A stretch of 63,192 nucleotides of DNA, filler included, from Globobulimina sp. (Eukaryota): the NCBI GenBank assembly GCA_003354225.1. It is 43 parts of 43 records of this genome, joined end to end, with 100 filler letters (N's around TTAATTAATTAA, not from the genome) between each part and the next. Parts side by side here need not be neighbours in the genome. Positions count along the whole stretch, not along the records: positions 1 to 1,373 come from PIVH01017741.1; positions 1,474 to 2,846 come from PIVH01017742.1; positions 2,947 to 4,319 come from PIVH01017743.1; positions 4,420 to 5,792 come from PIVH01017744.1; positions 5,893 to 7,265 come from PIVH01017745.1; positions 7,366 to 8,738 come from PIVH01017746.1; positions 8,839 to 10,211 come from PIVH01017747.1; positions 10,312 to 11,684 come from PIVH01017748.1; 35 more parts are not named here. The stretch is one strand, 5' to 3'. The translations under genes and the position numbers were made by a program. The notes beneath the pieces are model-generated. The model had not been told where the DNA came from, searched no databases, and saw only the letters and a program-made list of their open reading frames with translations. Within the stretch, counting starts at the first letter, position 1; the number at the start of each line of letters is the position of its first letter. Positions 1 to 12,192 of this stretch are shown here, piece after piece.

Positions 1-18
1 TCCCAAGACTTTGATAAA

Positions 19-1194
19 ATGAATAAAATTCAGGTCACCTCCTCCCCTGCATATAATATAAAAACATTACCAATAAACTTTGATGTCTTTCTCTCTCCGG
101 CAAATCCGACCATTCCTATGGACAATAAAATAACCATCGCATTTACGGATGGTTCGTGCGCTCCAAATCCAGGTAAAGGAGGAGCTGCGGCCTATATTCC
201 ATCCCAACCATCCCATTTATACCCATTTAAACAAATATATTACTTTAAAATACCAGTAACAATAACTACAGCGGAAATAGAAGCTGTCCATATAATTCTA
301 AATCATATAATAAGTACTAATATAAACAAACATATACATTACAAAATTTACATTGATAATCTCCCTCTCCTCCAATTTATTAATGGCCAAAACTTCCCTA
401 AATATAATGATACAAAACTATTAATTGAAAATATCTTTATAAAATTATTACAAATAATGCAAATATCCCCAAATGTATTTATATCTTTTATTAAAATAAA
501 ATCACATAATAATAACATTTTTAATGATGAAGCGGATCGAATGGCAAATTTTGCAGCAAAGCATGCGAAATATGACCAATCATTATTCCACCAAATATCC
601 TATAACACCACAATAACTCAGCTACATAAACAAATCTATTTTCATTGGAGCCAACAATGGAAAAATAGAAACACCAAACCTGATCAAGACAGCTACAGAA
701 TGTACCAAATGAACCCTTCACTTCATGGTAAATTCAGTAAAATAATTAAATATTTAAATAAAGATGAATCTGCAATAATGAATAGAATTATATCTGGTCA
801 CATTGAGTTGAATGCGTTCCTATTTAAACATAAATATAAAGATACAGATAAAAGTGATATAATCTCTCCAATTTGCCAACAATGCCAATCTAATAAAATA
901 GAAACAATATATCATTATTTCATCAAATGCCAAGCATATAACCATCAGCGTCAACGAATGATTGCCTCTCTTCGTAATACCTGGATAGGATTCAATGATG
1001 GAAATGGATTTAGTTTGAATGACTTATTCTTTCCATACACAATCAGAAGACCTCCAGACATTGACAGAGAGCTGAACGTGATGACGCAAGTGGAAATATG
1101 GAAAAACCTTCTTCAGTTCGTGAAAGAAACAAAAAGATTTGACTACCTGTACCAAGTGGACCTAGCAAACCTATCACCAATACTATTGGATTAA
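19..1194 (+). mobile_element. 3' part of a non-LTR retrotransposon ORF2: RNase H domain plus C-terminal CCHC zinc knuckle
   Basis: RNase H motifs FTDGS, AEIEAV, YIDN, KSH..NDEADRMA, then RIISGH and C-x2-C...ETIYHYFIKC. A short 3' UTR ends in an A run at the contig end. Confidence 0.85.
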
Positions 1195-1373
1195 TGGTAA
1201 ACTATATATCCCTGATATATTAGTTCCAAATATTTTTATTTACCTTTGTTCATTGGCTTCGCCCCCAAATAAAAGGGCCTGTATCCTTGTATTGTATATA
1301 CTATTTATTAGTGTCTCTTGCTTGTGTATTAGGTGAAATCTTTAATTGATTTCCTAGTGTTTTGAAGAAAAAA

Positions 1374-1473
1374 NNNNNNNNNNNNNNNNNNNNNNNNNNN
1401 NNNNNNNNNNNNNNNNNTTAATTAATTAANNNNNNNNNNNNNNNNNNNNNNNNNNNNNNNNNNNNNNNNNNNN
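1374..1473. other. Artificial contig-joining linker N44-TTAATTAATTAA-N44 (first of 42)
   Basis: The identical 100-bp cassette recurs every 1471-1473 bp and carries stops in all frames. Contig starts: 1, 1474, 2947, 4420, 5893, 7366, 8839, 10312, 11785, 13258, 14730, 16202, 17674, 19146, 20618, 22090, 23562, 25034, 26506, 27978, 29450, 30922, 32394, 33866, 35338, 36810, 38282, 39754, 41226, 42698, 44170, 45641, 47112, 48583, 50054, 51525, 52996, 54467, 55938, 57409, 58880, 60351, 61822. Confidence 0.99.
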
Positions 1474-1722
1474 AGATTCCGTGGTCCCGGTGTTTTGTTG
1501 GGTCCAGTTCATTCCGCCATCTTCAGTGGTGTAGAGGATGCCGGCCTTACCACACAGCCAGCCGGTTTTTGGATTAACAAAGTCGCTATCATAAAAATTG
1601 GCAAACATCCTGGAATAATGCAGGGTCTCGCCCTGGTCTGCCGGACATTCCGGTGGCGCTGAAAGTACAATCAGGAATGTAACGATAAAAAAAACAGAAG
1701 CGATTGAGGTCTTATTTAACAT
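1474..1722 (-). CDS. Bacterial secreted YCF48/BNR-repeat beta-propeller protein, N-terminal fragment
   Basis: Signal-peptide-like N-terminus, F..SDFVNPKTGWLCGKAGILYTTEDGGMNW repeat, GGAG upstream of the ATG at 1722; truncated by the linker. Confidence 0.7.
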
Positions 1723-1767
1723 GGGGGGCGACTCCGTTTTCATGTGCATATGAAGTATCTATACAAA

Positions 1768-1933
1768 AAAACCTGAATTGAGCGTTTCCCATCTGGATCT
1801 GCACCCATACCCTGTACAGCAAGGTTTCGCAAAAAGTTCTCTATAAACCGGCAGATTGCCTGTTGATTTTGCAAACCTAACTGTCTCAGTATTTCGGCGC
1901 ATCTCTACACAAAAAACGTTCAATTCAGGTTTT
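1768..1933. repeat. Bacterial intergenic MITE/REP-like element with 20-bp terminal inverted repeats
   Basis: AAAACCTGAATTGAGCGTTT (1768-1787) matches the reverse complement of 1914-1933 at 19/20. A second internal IR pairs AGGTTTCGCAAAA with TTTTGCAAACCT. Confidence 0.65.
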
Positions 1934-2487
1934 AGCGAAATTCAAGAAAATATTCTTCAAAATAACCATTATGTCTTCCGAAACATTTTGTTGGCGCTAT
2001 GAACATAATTGAGTCAATAAATTCATATGCTTCTCAGGGAAATCACATCAACATTACACAAAAACGTAAAATGTTTTAGAAACACGGTATTGAAAAACGA
2101 TTAAGCTGTTTTTAATCGGCCTGGGTCACCGATATCAAGTGATAACAAACGAAATACTAATAATTTCATTCATTTAGGGTTTGACATAAATTGCAAATTA
2201 ATGCCTGGGACTAAGTGGTACAAATAAATCCATATTGGTAAATTTATATTTGTTTAGTATGAACAAACGGGTATTGCAAGTATTTTTTTCTGTATTTATT
2301 AGGGAGGCATTTCTAATATTATTATTTTAACCAGGATTTACAGGATATACTGAATATTTAACGATTAGCAGGGGAAACCGTTAATAATTCAAATTCTTGA
2401 CTTATCCATTGTAAAATTATAATTTGTCATATTTTCATGAGTAGAAATTTTTTAATAAAATTTCAGGCTGATAAAAGGGAGTTGATA

Positions 2488-2846
2488 ATGACACTTCAGG
2501 AACAGATGAAAAAGGATTTAGTCTCGGCAATGAAGGAAAAAAATGAGGCTAAAAAAGATACGATTCGAGTTATCATGGGTGAGTTCGGAAGGATCGATAA
2601 AAAAGTGCTTTCAGATGATGATGTGATCAGCGTTTTGAAAAAGCTGGTAAAATCCGAAAGAGAGTTGCTGGAAAAAAAAGGAGAGACGTCGGACTCCGAA
2701 TTTATAACAATTGTTGAAAGCTACCTGCCTGCAATGGCATCTGAGGAAGAGATCACAGCATGGATAACCGACAATGTGGATTTCTCTCAGTTTAAAAACA
2801 AAATGCAGGCAATGAAGCCGATTATGCAACATTTTGGTTCAGGTGC
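2488..2846 (+). CDS. yqeY: Bacterial GatB/YqeY domain-containing protein (3' truncated)
   Basis: MTLQEQMKKDLVSAMKEK...IRVIMGE...LSDDDVISVLKK...IVESYLP...MQAMKPIM. RBS AAGGGAG precedes ATG 2488. Confidence 0.9.
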
Positions 2847-3412
2847 NNNNNNNNNNNNNNNNNNNNNNNNNNNNNNNNNNNNNNNNNNNNTTAATTAATT
2901 AANNNNNNNNNNNNNNNNNNNNNNNNNNNNNNNNNNNNNNNNNNNNGCAAAAAATATATTTTTATTATTTTTGATTATATGTTTTGTATATGATTGTGCA
3001 CTGCGTATCAGTTTGCAATCTGAATTGAGAACGTATATAATCCAAAAATAAAAAAAAAGAACATTTTTTGTATGGAGAGGCTCAATTTTCGTCAGTTTGA
3101 AAAAGATTTGTTTCAGTTTGGTTGTATATAATTTGTAATATTTAGTCCAAAGAGAACTAATTCCAATCACTGAATCACTGACAATTTATTTATTTGTGTA
3201 ATTTGTTTGTGTGTTAATTTTGTTGTATTCATTACATTTTTAAATGTATTCCTGTTTCCTCGCAATGCGATTTGTGATTTCTTTCTTCTGCGATCTCTGT
3301 CAAATTAAAAAGAATCGATATCACTTCTCCTTATATATGAGAACGCAATTTCAAGCAAGATTATATTTAAAATACAATAACAAAGACACCTATATTTAAC
3401 ATAAAAAAAAAA

Positions 3413-4319
3413 TCATTTTGGATATTGTTCGCAAGGAATATCATTTAACATATTATTGTTATCCGGCGCGCCACGAATCACTCCCCGTCGCCAAGAATTA
3501 TGTATTTGATAATTATATTGTTGTCCGGAGGCAACTCCCGTGCTATCATCGCGATGGAAGTCAATTTTAAATCGAGTCATCACAATCACATTAGATTTGC
3601 CATTGACCCATCCATTCTCAATGATTTCTTGATGTTCCTCCTTATATGGCACCCATTTAATACCCCCTTCGTCACAAAACCAATACCATTGCTCCCCTTT
3701 ACTTTTGCTTTTGGGTTTGTTTGAAGCCGGCGGATTGTCATAATTTGCTGCAGCATTCCCGCCTACATTGGCCATATTGGCATCGTTATCATTGTCGGGA
3801 GCTTCCTATGGTCGCCGTTGTGGGTTATATGTTGTGTTGCGTCTTTGCGTTGAAACGTATAGAAAATAATATTAATATACCTTGATATCATCGAAATTGA
3901 AATTATTTTCAATTCGGTGTCGATCCACGTTCTTTTTGGCCCACGCCGATAACTGCTTTTTTACCTTCGTATATTGCCCTGATTTTTTTCATATGTAGTT
4001 TGAAACTGTTTTTTTTGTTCATATGTAGTTTGAAATTTTATTTCCAGTTTGAAACTGAAATTTGTTCATTATTTCCAGTTTGAAACTGAAATTTTTTGCA
4101 TTTTTCAGTTTCAAACTAATTATTTCCAGTTTGAAACTGAAACGAAACTGAAGGTAATTACCTGTTTTTTGGTCAAATTGCTTGCATACTTCTTTAACAA
4201 TTGTTAGCCCGAAACCAGACGATTTTTTATCATTTGCGTTGCCTTGTTTTGCCACATGTTTCTCGATAAATTCCTTCCCATTAAAGCCCTTTTTATCGAA
4301 AAACTGAGTTAAATAATCT
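3413..4319 (-). CDS. WWE-domain protein, 3' part, spliced (introns 3979-4161 and 3806-3880)
   Basis: QWYWFCD...WVPY......IENGW...IDF...RRGVIRG. Removing both GT-AG introns gives a continuous frame KQFDQKTG|QYTKVKK...DDIK|EAPDND. Confidence 0.75.
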
Positions 4320-4424
4320 NNNNNNNNNNNNNNNNNNNNNNNNNNNNNNNNNNNNNNNNNNNNTTAATTAATTAANNNNNNNNNNNNNNNNNNNNNNNNN
4401 NNNNNNNNNNNNNNNNNNNTTGTA

Positions 4425-5099
4425 ATGAAAAAACCTCCTTTCATTTATCGATTGTTTATGGCAAAAAGGCCAGACTACCAATGGTATATTCAAAGGTTTC
4501 ACAGCGAACCAAGAGCTATAAATATTTGTAGGCTGTCAATAAACGTAAATGGCGATGGTAGGCATTCTGCAGCAAATACAAGATATAATCTATGCACTCA
4601 TGTTGTACCATTCAAACATTGGACGCCTACTAATAATGCGGCAATTAAACAACTCCGAGCGTTGAGTGTGGAATTTAGTTATGACAAAGATAGAATACAT
4701 AGCATTTATTTGATTTATCAAAGACACATTGGACTCAATCAAATGTCTGACCAAAATTCAATATCTTTATTGCAACAAATTCTTATAAAAGGTAGTGATA
4801 TTTATTTCAAAATATATACAAAAAAAGATGATAACGATTTGGACAAACATTACAATCAAATCGTACTCGACATGACAACATTTAATGTAATGACAAGTTT
4901 AGTTGGTCTGTGCGACCCGCCACGTGATTCTGTGGCCAAATTAGCAACATTGCAATTGCTTAATTATAATGGCAAAGTAGAAGCGATTGGAGGAAGAATT
5001 GAAGGCAAATTCGTCATTGTGTTTTACCAACCTGACGATTGTAGAAATTTGATGAATACAATAGGTTTATACAGCCAACCTGTTTCATTTATAAATTAA
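4425..5099 (+). CDS. Hypothetical protein
   Basis: 224-aa open frame in AT-rich DNA; no motif recognised. Confidence 0.5.
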   Translation: MKKPPFIYRLFMAKRPDYQWYIQRFHSEPRAINICRLSINVNGDGRHSAANTRYNLCTHVVPFKHWTPTNNAAIKQLRALSVEFSYDKDRIHSIYLIYQRHIGLNQMSDQNSISLLQQILIKGSDIYFKIYTKKDDNDLDKHYNQIVLDMTTFNVMTSLVGLCDPPRDSVAKLATLQLLNYNGKVEAIGGRIEGKFVIVFYQPDDCRNLMNTIGLYSQPVSFIN

Positions 5100-5145
5100 T
5101 TAACTGTCCAAAACGGACTTTTTGTACGTTTTTGATTAATTTAAA

Positions 5146-5792
5146 ATGTTGACAACAAACAGAAGAAAAACCTCTGTCAACTCCATCCTGAAAACGCAAA
5201 GGAATCGCGTACGTCTGTCCACATTCAAAGAAAAGAAAACCACCGCCTCATTTGAGCCAGAACCAGCCCATAATTCTACCTTTTCTTTAGTTTTGCAAAT
5301 ACTGTACAAAGTAGTTGAACACTTGCTAGCTATGAACAAGTGCGCGTGTTGGATAGTTATTGCAATTTGCGAAACATTATTAGCAGCGGCAACCATTATA
5401 TTCCTGGGCATTGACAGTACGTGGATTGCAATAGCACTTAACGAACAATCACAAGAAGATACAATGAAATTAATTATTTCCATAGTGATAGCAGTGGGTC
5501 AGGCAATATTATTATTTTGCTCATTACGCTGTGTACCACCAATGCCAGACGCGTTCATTATGTATCACGCAGAGAATAAATCAGATACTTATGGCGCAAT
5601 CCAAGCCGATAAATATCCGCTGAAAAAAGATGAACAACACCAACAAGGTACCTTATTATATATAACTTCCATTTAATTTATATATTTTTATATCTATATA
5701 TTTGATAATATCCTTGCACCGTAACAGAAATTGCTGTGATGAATGAAAGAATTAAACAGTTGGAACAGTCGAAAAAAGTAAAACAAGATGAA
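5146..5792 (+). CDS. Hypothetical membrane protein, spliced (intron 5648-5727)
   Basis: Two hydrophobic helices. Removing the 80-nt GT-AG intron continues the frame QQ|EIAVMNERIKQLE to the contig end. Confidence 0.55.
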
Positions 5793-6177
5793 NNNNNNNN
5801 NNNNNNNNNNNNNNNNNNNNNNNNNNNNNNNNNNNNTTAATTAATTAANNNNNNNNNNNNNNNNNNNNNNNNNNNNNNNNNNNNNNNNNNNNTAACGTCT
5901 AAGCTTAATTTATTGCATAAATCATCAAAATCTTTTGGAAAAGTTAAAGTTTTAGATTGTTCTGCATTTAGTATAACTATGTAACTGTGTCATTTTCTGC
6001 AATTGAAAGCATTTATCAGTCCTCGCAAGTTTTTGTTTTAAGTCAGCTGCAAAATTATTGCTTTATGTCACGGAGAAACGCAAGTTACGCAACTTTTTAA
6101 TTAAACCCAAAATATTTCGGCTCTGTAACGAAACAAGCGGCCATAGCACAGCAGAGACACACACTCAGCATCAACAA

Positions 6178-6693
6178 ATGAAAGCAGCTAAGAAAGCAAA
6201 AGGAAACAATGCATCAAATTCAAAGGGCGTAATTCAACAACTTGAGGAATTATGCTTAATGGAACACAGAACATATAAAAGTATCACTTTTGAAGCATTG
6301 GATGCTGCGCAATTAGCAGTGGTATCAAGTGACCCATTTATTTTATTGGATATTGCAAAATATTATACACAAATTACTGTTGGACGCGCTCCCATTTACA
6401 GAGTCGCGACAATTCATCATCAAAACTTTGGAAAACATTTTCAAATAAAATTAGTTTTCAATGTTGCATTATCAGCAACAACAGGATTTGGCCATGATTG
6501 GACACCGATATTTATTGATTATATGACTGAATCACAACCATTTTATCAGTTTGTGGCAGCCACCATGAGATCTCGCGATCGCGATAGCTACAATAAACTG
6601 GAGAAGTTATATTTTGTTCCCGTTGCGGCGAACAACATGAAAAATAGCAATGATCCGCTGCCAAAATATGACAATATTGACACATTAATTTAA
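6178..6693 (+). CDS. Hypothetical protein
   Basis: Open frame from ATG 6178 (MKAAKKAK); no motif recognised. Confidence 0.5.
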   Translation: MKAAKKAKGNNASNSKGVIQQLEELCLMEHRTYKSITFEALDAAQLAVVSSDPFILLDIAKYYTQITVGRAPIYRVATIHHQNFGKHFQIKLVFNVALSATTGFGHDWTPIFIDYMTESQPFYQFVAATMRSRDRDSYNKLEKLYFVPVAANNMKNSNDPLPKYDNIDTLI

Positions 6694-6916
6694 TTAATTT
6701 AAAAAATGAGTGATTTGTTTTCTTCGCATTGCTTCAACTAAACAAGTCAGAGAATCGAGAAAGATGTTTTGACTTTTTTTTAAAGTTTTTTTTTTGTATG
6801 CATCATGTTGGAAATATTGAAGCAATATGAAATTAGGATACATTTGCATGAATTAGGATACAATTTGTATTAGTAGAACAATATAAAAATAAAAATAACA
6901 TTATGATAGACAAAAA

Positions 6917-7265
6917 TTAATCACATATTTTAATCCCAAATTGCTTGCCTTTAACAGCAACAGCCAACACATAATTTCTTGTATTGTCCACTTTGAATGC
7001 ACATCTATTTACTCTCGAATTTGTATAAAATTTCAGATCATTGTGTTGTGCATAAATACTGTTCTTTCGATTCAATTCAACTGTAATTATATCACCAATT
7101 TTATATTTTTTACTATATGATTTACCACGTTTATCCAAATGAAATTTTTTCCCATTATTACCATAATATGCATAGCCAAAATATGGATACAACCAAAATA
7201 AATCATTACTTCCGTGATTTGAATCCGTTATCATATTATCGCATATTCCAATGTACACATTTGTT
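6917..7265 (-). CDS. SPRY/B30.2-like domain protein, C-terminal fragment
   Basis: YIGICD...GYAYYGNNG...YKIGDIITVELN...LKFY.N...AF...YVLAV. Confidence 0.65.
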
Positions 7266-7365
7266 NNNNNNNNNNNNNNNNNNNNNNNNNNNNNNNNNNN
7301 NNNNNNNNNTTAATTAATTAANNNNNNNNNNNNNNNNNNNNNNNNNNNNNNNNNNNNNNNNNNNN

Positions 7366-8697
7366 GGCCTGGACGCCAACGGCGAGCATGACATTGCCGC
7401 GCGCATCATATAATATGGCTGTGGGGTACGATGATACCTCAAATACAATATGGCTGTTAGGAGGCGAGAATGGCACATCTATTCAGCGACAATTAATCAA
7501 ATATCAAACAGGAAACGATATTTTTATAGATATTAACCCGAATTACCCGACGGAATTTTCAGAATATTTCGGAGATGGTCAGTATTACGCTCAATTAAAT
7601 CAATATATATTTATGATTTATGGTTCTTATGTGATGAGTTTTGATGTCAACAATCAAGGGGCGGATTATTCTCATTATACCATTCCAAACGATGTATATG
7701 TTGGCGCATGTCTCTGTATATTAGATTTAGTGAAGGATATCTAGTAATAAATGGAGGAGCTCCAAGCTATGGCAGTGCTGCAATAGATTCCGTTCAAATA
7801 TTCGATGTCGGTGCTAACCAATGGATGTCTAATATAAATATATCATCATTAAATACACCCAGACTGGGTCATACATGCAATACATTCAATAATATCGTAT
7901 TTGCCATCGGAGGATATGATACCGATGGCTCCATAATCATTGATACCGTTGAAACTTATAATTTTTATGATAATTAATGGCATTATACCACAGACAAATT
8001 ACCCACGGCAACGATGGTTGCACGAAGTGTAGTATATGAAAATGAGATTGTTGTATTCAATTCTGATTCAATTACTGTTATCAATGCAATAACCCACCAA
8101 ATATATCCCATTAGCTCTTATACAGATATACGGTTTCGACAGACAGCAGCAATAAATGTAGCAGGTACCATATATATATTTGGTGGATCCGAACCAAATG
8201 AATCATCAAATGAATGTGTTAGTGTTACACATGACACATATCAAGGTATGCAGTGACATAATGAAATTTAAATATTTGATAACGTTTTTTGTATAATATA
8301 TTGTTAATTAGCTGATTATAAGGATATAGAAATTGCAGTAATTATTGGTGTTAAACCTAAATCAGTTGGATGTTATTCTATGATTGTAATTGTAGTCATT
8401 ATAATGGTTTCTTATTTAGTATTTATTGCTATTTTTATTTTTTTAAGCACAAAACAAGCTGCATCAAAAAATGAGAATGCTTTGGCTGTACATGTTAAAG
8501 AGTCAGTGATATCAGATATGCAACAAATTGATGATGATGTGCATAATCCAACGGATGAAGTGGTGACTAATTCGGACAACGAATTAATTTCTATACTGAA
8601 ACAAAACAATTTATACGATGCTTTATATGATGTCTTGATGATCTATTCTTGGAATACTTCATGTAAATATGTTTATAAATGGGTTTTTCTTATATAA
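7366..8697 (+). pseudogene. Kelch-repeat membrane protein, disrupted
   Basis: Kelch motifs IWLLGG, LVINGG, VFAIGG, IYIFGG. Frameshift near 7725 (ILD/FSEGY) and in-frame TAA at 7975-7977 inside a repeat (YDN*WHY); TM segment downstream. Confidence 0.7.
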
Positions 8698-9026
8698 ATT
8701 TTTCTTATAAATAGTATGTAAATGAAAATTTTCTTATANNNNNNNNNNNNNNNNNNNNNNNNNNNNNNNNNNNNNNNNNNNNTTAATTAATTAANNNNNN
8801 NNNNNNNNNNNNNNNNNNNNNNNNNNNNNNNNNNNNNNTAAATATGATCAATTCCACAATAACCAGCAACGCAAAGACGTGTGCACGCTTTTTAAAAACT
8901 GCAATACAATGCAACATGTTGCATTTGTGCCTTGCCATCGAACAAGAATACTAATTATTATTCAGATTCAGTGCGCCATTATCGATCTACATTCTTGAAA
9001 ACAAACTTGAGTGGACTCTCTTAACC

Positions 9027-10046
9027 ATGGCTGAGGATGTTTGTGAACTCAAATATCGAGAAGATTCAGCAGAGAGAAGCAATATTGTAACAACTACCAA
9101 TGCAAAACAACAAAAACCAAAACCAAAAGGAGGCAAACCGCATTCATATGAATATTTAGAACAGCAAGAAGATGAAGAATTGGGTGGAGCCTCAACCACT
9201 ATTTTTTCCACAAAACCGCAGAAAAACACAAACAAAAACGTTAAAGACACCGCAGGTCACTTTTTACTATCATTATATAGCATTAATTTTGTCGCTGTAT
9301 TGGCATTTATGACGACAGCCTTTGTCGCTGGCGGTGCTAATAAAGATTTAATGATGATATTGATATTAATTTGTGTGTTACTCACAACTGTGTTGTCTGC
9401 AATTGCCTTGTTTAAATATGGTCGCTTACAGGAACAAGTCAGTCGACTAAAGGAAGAGAATCAAGTCTATGACATGGAATTAATTGAATTGAAAGAAGAG
9501 CGCAGCAGATTGGAGGGCGAAGTGGATGGCTTAGAATCGGAGAATGTTTTATTAAATAAGGATTGCAGCGATTTGCAAGGACAGACGGCTGAGTTTGGAG
9601 AGTTATTGGATGAATTAAAGAGCATTTCGAACGATGGAGAGGATATCTTTAAGGTGGCAGATGACATAAATGAGGCATTCGATAAAATGAATGATTTGGT
9701 GTATCAAAATGAGAGGACACATTTATTGACATCTTATTACGAGGCTGCCTTTCGTGATAAGGACAATGATATGAACCAAACTGAATATCAAAGGTTTTTA
9801 GCTAAAATCCCAAAGAAATTTAGGAAGAGATTCAATAATTTAGGAACATTTGAACAGTTATTAAGGAAATATGAGTGTGGCCAAAGTATAGATTTGCAAT
9901 CATTTCTGTATATTGCCGATGATGTATTGGCACAATCGCAGGATGTAATGATGGATGAATTTGTCAGAGAATATTCTGTACGCAGAACATTATTGATGTC
10001 TGCGCAGAATGCAGATGCATTGCGAAATGAACTACGTTCCAATTAA
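9027..10046 (+). CDS. Two-TM, coiled-coil protein with degenerate EF-hand-like C-terminus
   Basis: Two hydrophobic helices, a heptad region, and DKDNDMNQTEY and IDLQSF loops. Confidence 0.65.
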   Translation: MAEDVCELKYREDSAERSNIVTTTNAKQQKPKPKGGKPHSYEYLEQQEDEELGGASTTIFSTKPQKNTNKNVKDTAGHFLLSLYSINFVAVLAFMTTAFVAGGANKDLMMILILICVLLTTVLSAIALFKYGRLQEQVSRLKEENQVYDMELIELKEERSRLEGEVDGLESENVLLNKDCSDLQGQTAEFGELLDELKSISNDGEDIFKVADDINEAFDKMNDLVYQNERTHLLTSYYEAAFRDKDNDMNQTEYQRFLAKIPKKFRKRFNNLGTFEQLLRKYECGQSIDLQSFLYIADDVLAQSQDVMMDEFVREYSVRRTLLMSAQNADALRNELRSN

Positions 10047-10311
10047 TGTTAGATACCAATGATTCTTCCATATGATGTATTTTTTTATATATTACACTAT
10101 GTCCAACTACCGTTTCCTTTGAAATATTCCGTTATGATATGAGGTGAAATTACAACTTCTTTTAATGTTTTTTTGACTTCGTGCAGTGACACAATATCAT
10201 TCCATGAAATTNNNNNNNNNNNNNNNNNNNNNNNNNNNNNNNNNNNNNNNNNNNNTTAATTAATTAANNNNNNNNNNNNNNNNNNNNNNNNNNNNNNNNN
10301 NNNNNNNNNNN

Positions 10312-11684
10312 CTTTAAGAAACCATTTAAAACATTCAAAACATACTTGATCCAAATTGAATATTTTCTGAATATAAATAGTTACCGAAGCTTCAAATCTT
10401 GCAAATGCATCGCCAATAATTTGATTATTGAATGGTTTCTTCCATAGAAATGTTATGTTATTAATAAAAGGCAACGGATTAAGGGTTGGATACATTGTTG
10501 GTGCGGATGTACACATTCCCATTGATATAAAATAAAAATAATAATATTTATTCAGCTCAGATTTATCTCTCAGTAACGTTCTGCTGTTGGCTGCATAATA
10601 ATAATTATTATAATTATGATGAACAACTCTTAAATAATATGTTTTGTCTCCTTGTAATGTGGTGGTAATTGTACTGGTTTTCTCATATGCATTGATATTG
10701 TCATTGTCAGCAATTACATCCCATTTATCGGAGACATAATTATATCCATATATTTCCAAAACAGTATCAAAATTTGAATATCGTGTATTAAAATTAACGA
10801 CTGTTTGGTTGTAAGCGTCAGGTATTTTTATGAGATAATAATGTCCATCATCAGCTGATATGGATGGTGTGGAAATATTATAATACTGCGAATCAATAAT
10901 ATCACCACAGGTTATTGTGCCTAATACAGGTGAATATGGGAAATGTGTTGCATTTATTGATGGATCAGTACGTAGTTTCTCAAATACATATGCAGAATCA
11001 CCACCATATGCGCCTATCAAAGCAGTGTTATTATAAATGGATACACTAAAACCAAACCCCTCATTTGCTGCACCATCACTAGCAACTAATTTTGCTGTTT
11101 GAATCCATATTTCGTGCCCTCTCTCATAGATATATGCGGAACCTGAAGAATAATTCATATCATCATCACGATATGCGCCCACCAAGGCAGTGTTATTATA
11201 AATGGATACACTTTGTCCAAAGTAATCATATGATGTACCATCACTAGCAACTAATTTTGCTGTTTGATTCCATCTTCCATTTACTTTCTCAAATATATAG
11301 GCAGAACCTGAAGCAGAATAAGTATTATTATTAATATCCAGATCATCACCATATGCGCCCACCAAAGCAATGTTATTACAAATGGATACACTCAAACCAA
11401 AATAATCACCACTAGCAACTAATTTTGCTGTTTGAATCCATGTTCCATTTACTTTCTCAAATATATATGCGGAATCTGAACCAGATGCGCCTATCAACAC
11501 AGCGTTATTATAAATGGATACACTAAGACCAAACCAATCACCATATTCACCATCACTGGCAACTAATTGTGCTGTTTGGCCCCATTCTCCATGTACTCGC
11601 TCATATATATATGCGGCACCTATCCCATTATTATCATAACTTGCGCCGATCACAGCAATGTTATCATAAATGGATACACTTCTT
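10312..11684 (-). CDS. FG-GAP repeat beta-propeller surface protein, internal fragment
   Basis: Tandem FG.SVSIYNN.ALVGAY...AYIFE....W.QTAKLVASDG repeats, then an FDTVLEIY...DND module. Confidence 0.85.
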
Positions 11685-12192
11685 NNNNNNNNNNNNNNNN
11701 NNNNNNNNNNNNNNNNNNNNNNNNNNNNTTAATTAATTAANNNNNNNNNNNNNNNNNNNNNNNNNNNNNNNNNNNNNNNNNNNNAATGTAGTTGGATCAA
11801 GTTTCATTTCCCACTCAAACTGGCTCACTTTCAATTGATTTATTTCATTACCGTGTAGGTAATTGTGTTGTTTGTCTGTATAAATATATTTTTGTTATAC
11901 TTGTGTGTAAACAAACAGAGCCAATTATTGATAAGATATTAGCTGCAGAATAAATTGTTGCATTAAATTGAATTTGATTGGATGAGATGGATCGGAGGAT
12001 TTGGAGGATATTTGAAGGATATACAGGAGAAAATAGAAAATAAAATAAAAAGGGAAATGATGAGAAAATATAAAGAAATGGAATAATATGGACGAGCTAG
12101 ATACTAAAAAAAATCATTGATAATTTGATATCACACAAAATATTACAGACACGACACACTCTCCATATTAATGTGAGTGAAACAAGCAGTTG

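Noticed and set aside
2397-2423. Sigma-70 promoter TTGACT...TATAAT upstream of yqeY
   Set aside because: The spacer is only 15 nt and the region is AT-rich; too weak to call.
3990-4160. CRISPR-like repeat-spacer pattern
   Set aside because: Units are 13 bp and degenerate, spacers are short and similar to each other, the region lies within a spliceosomal intron, and no cas gene is present.
7975-7977. TAA read-through suggesting a ciliate-type genetic code
   Set aside because: Many conserved genes here end properly at TAA/TAG, and the same gene also has a frameshift.
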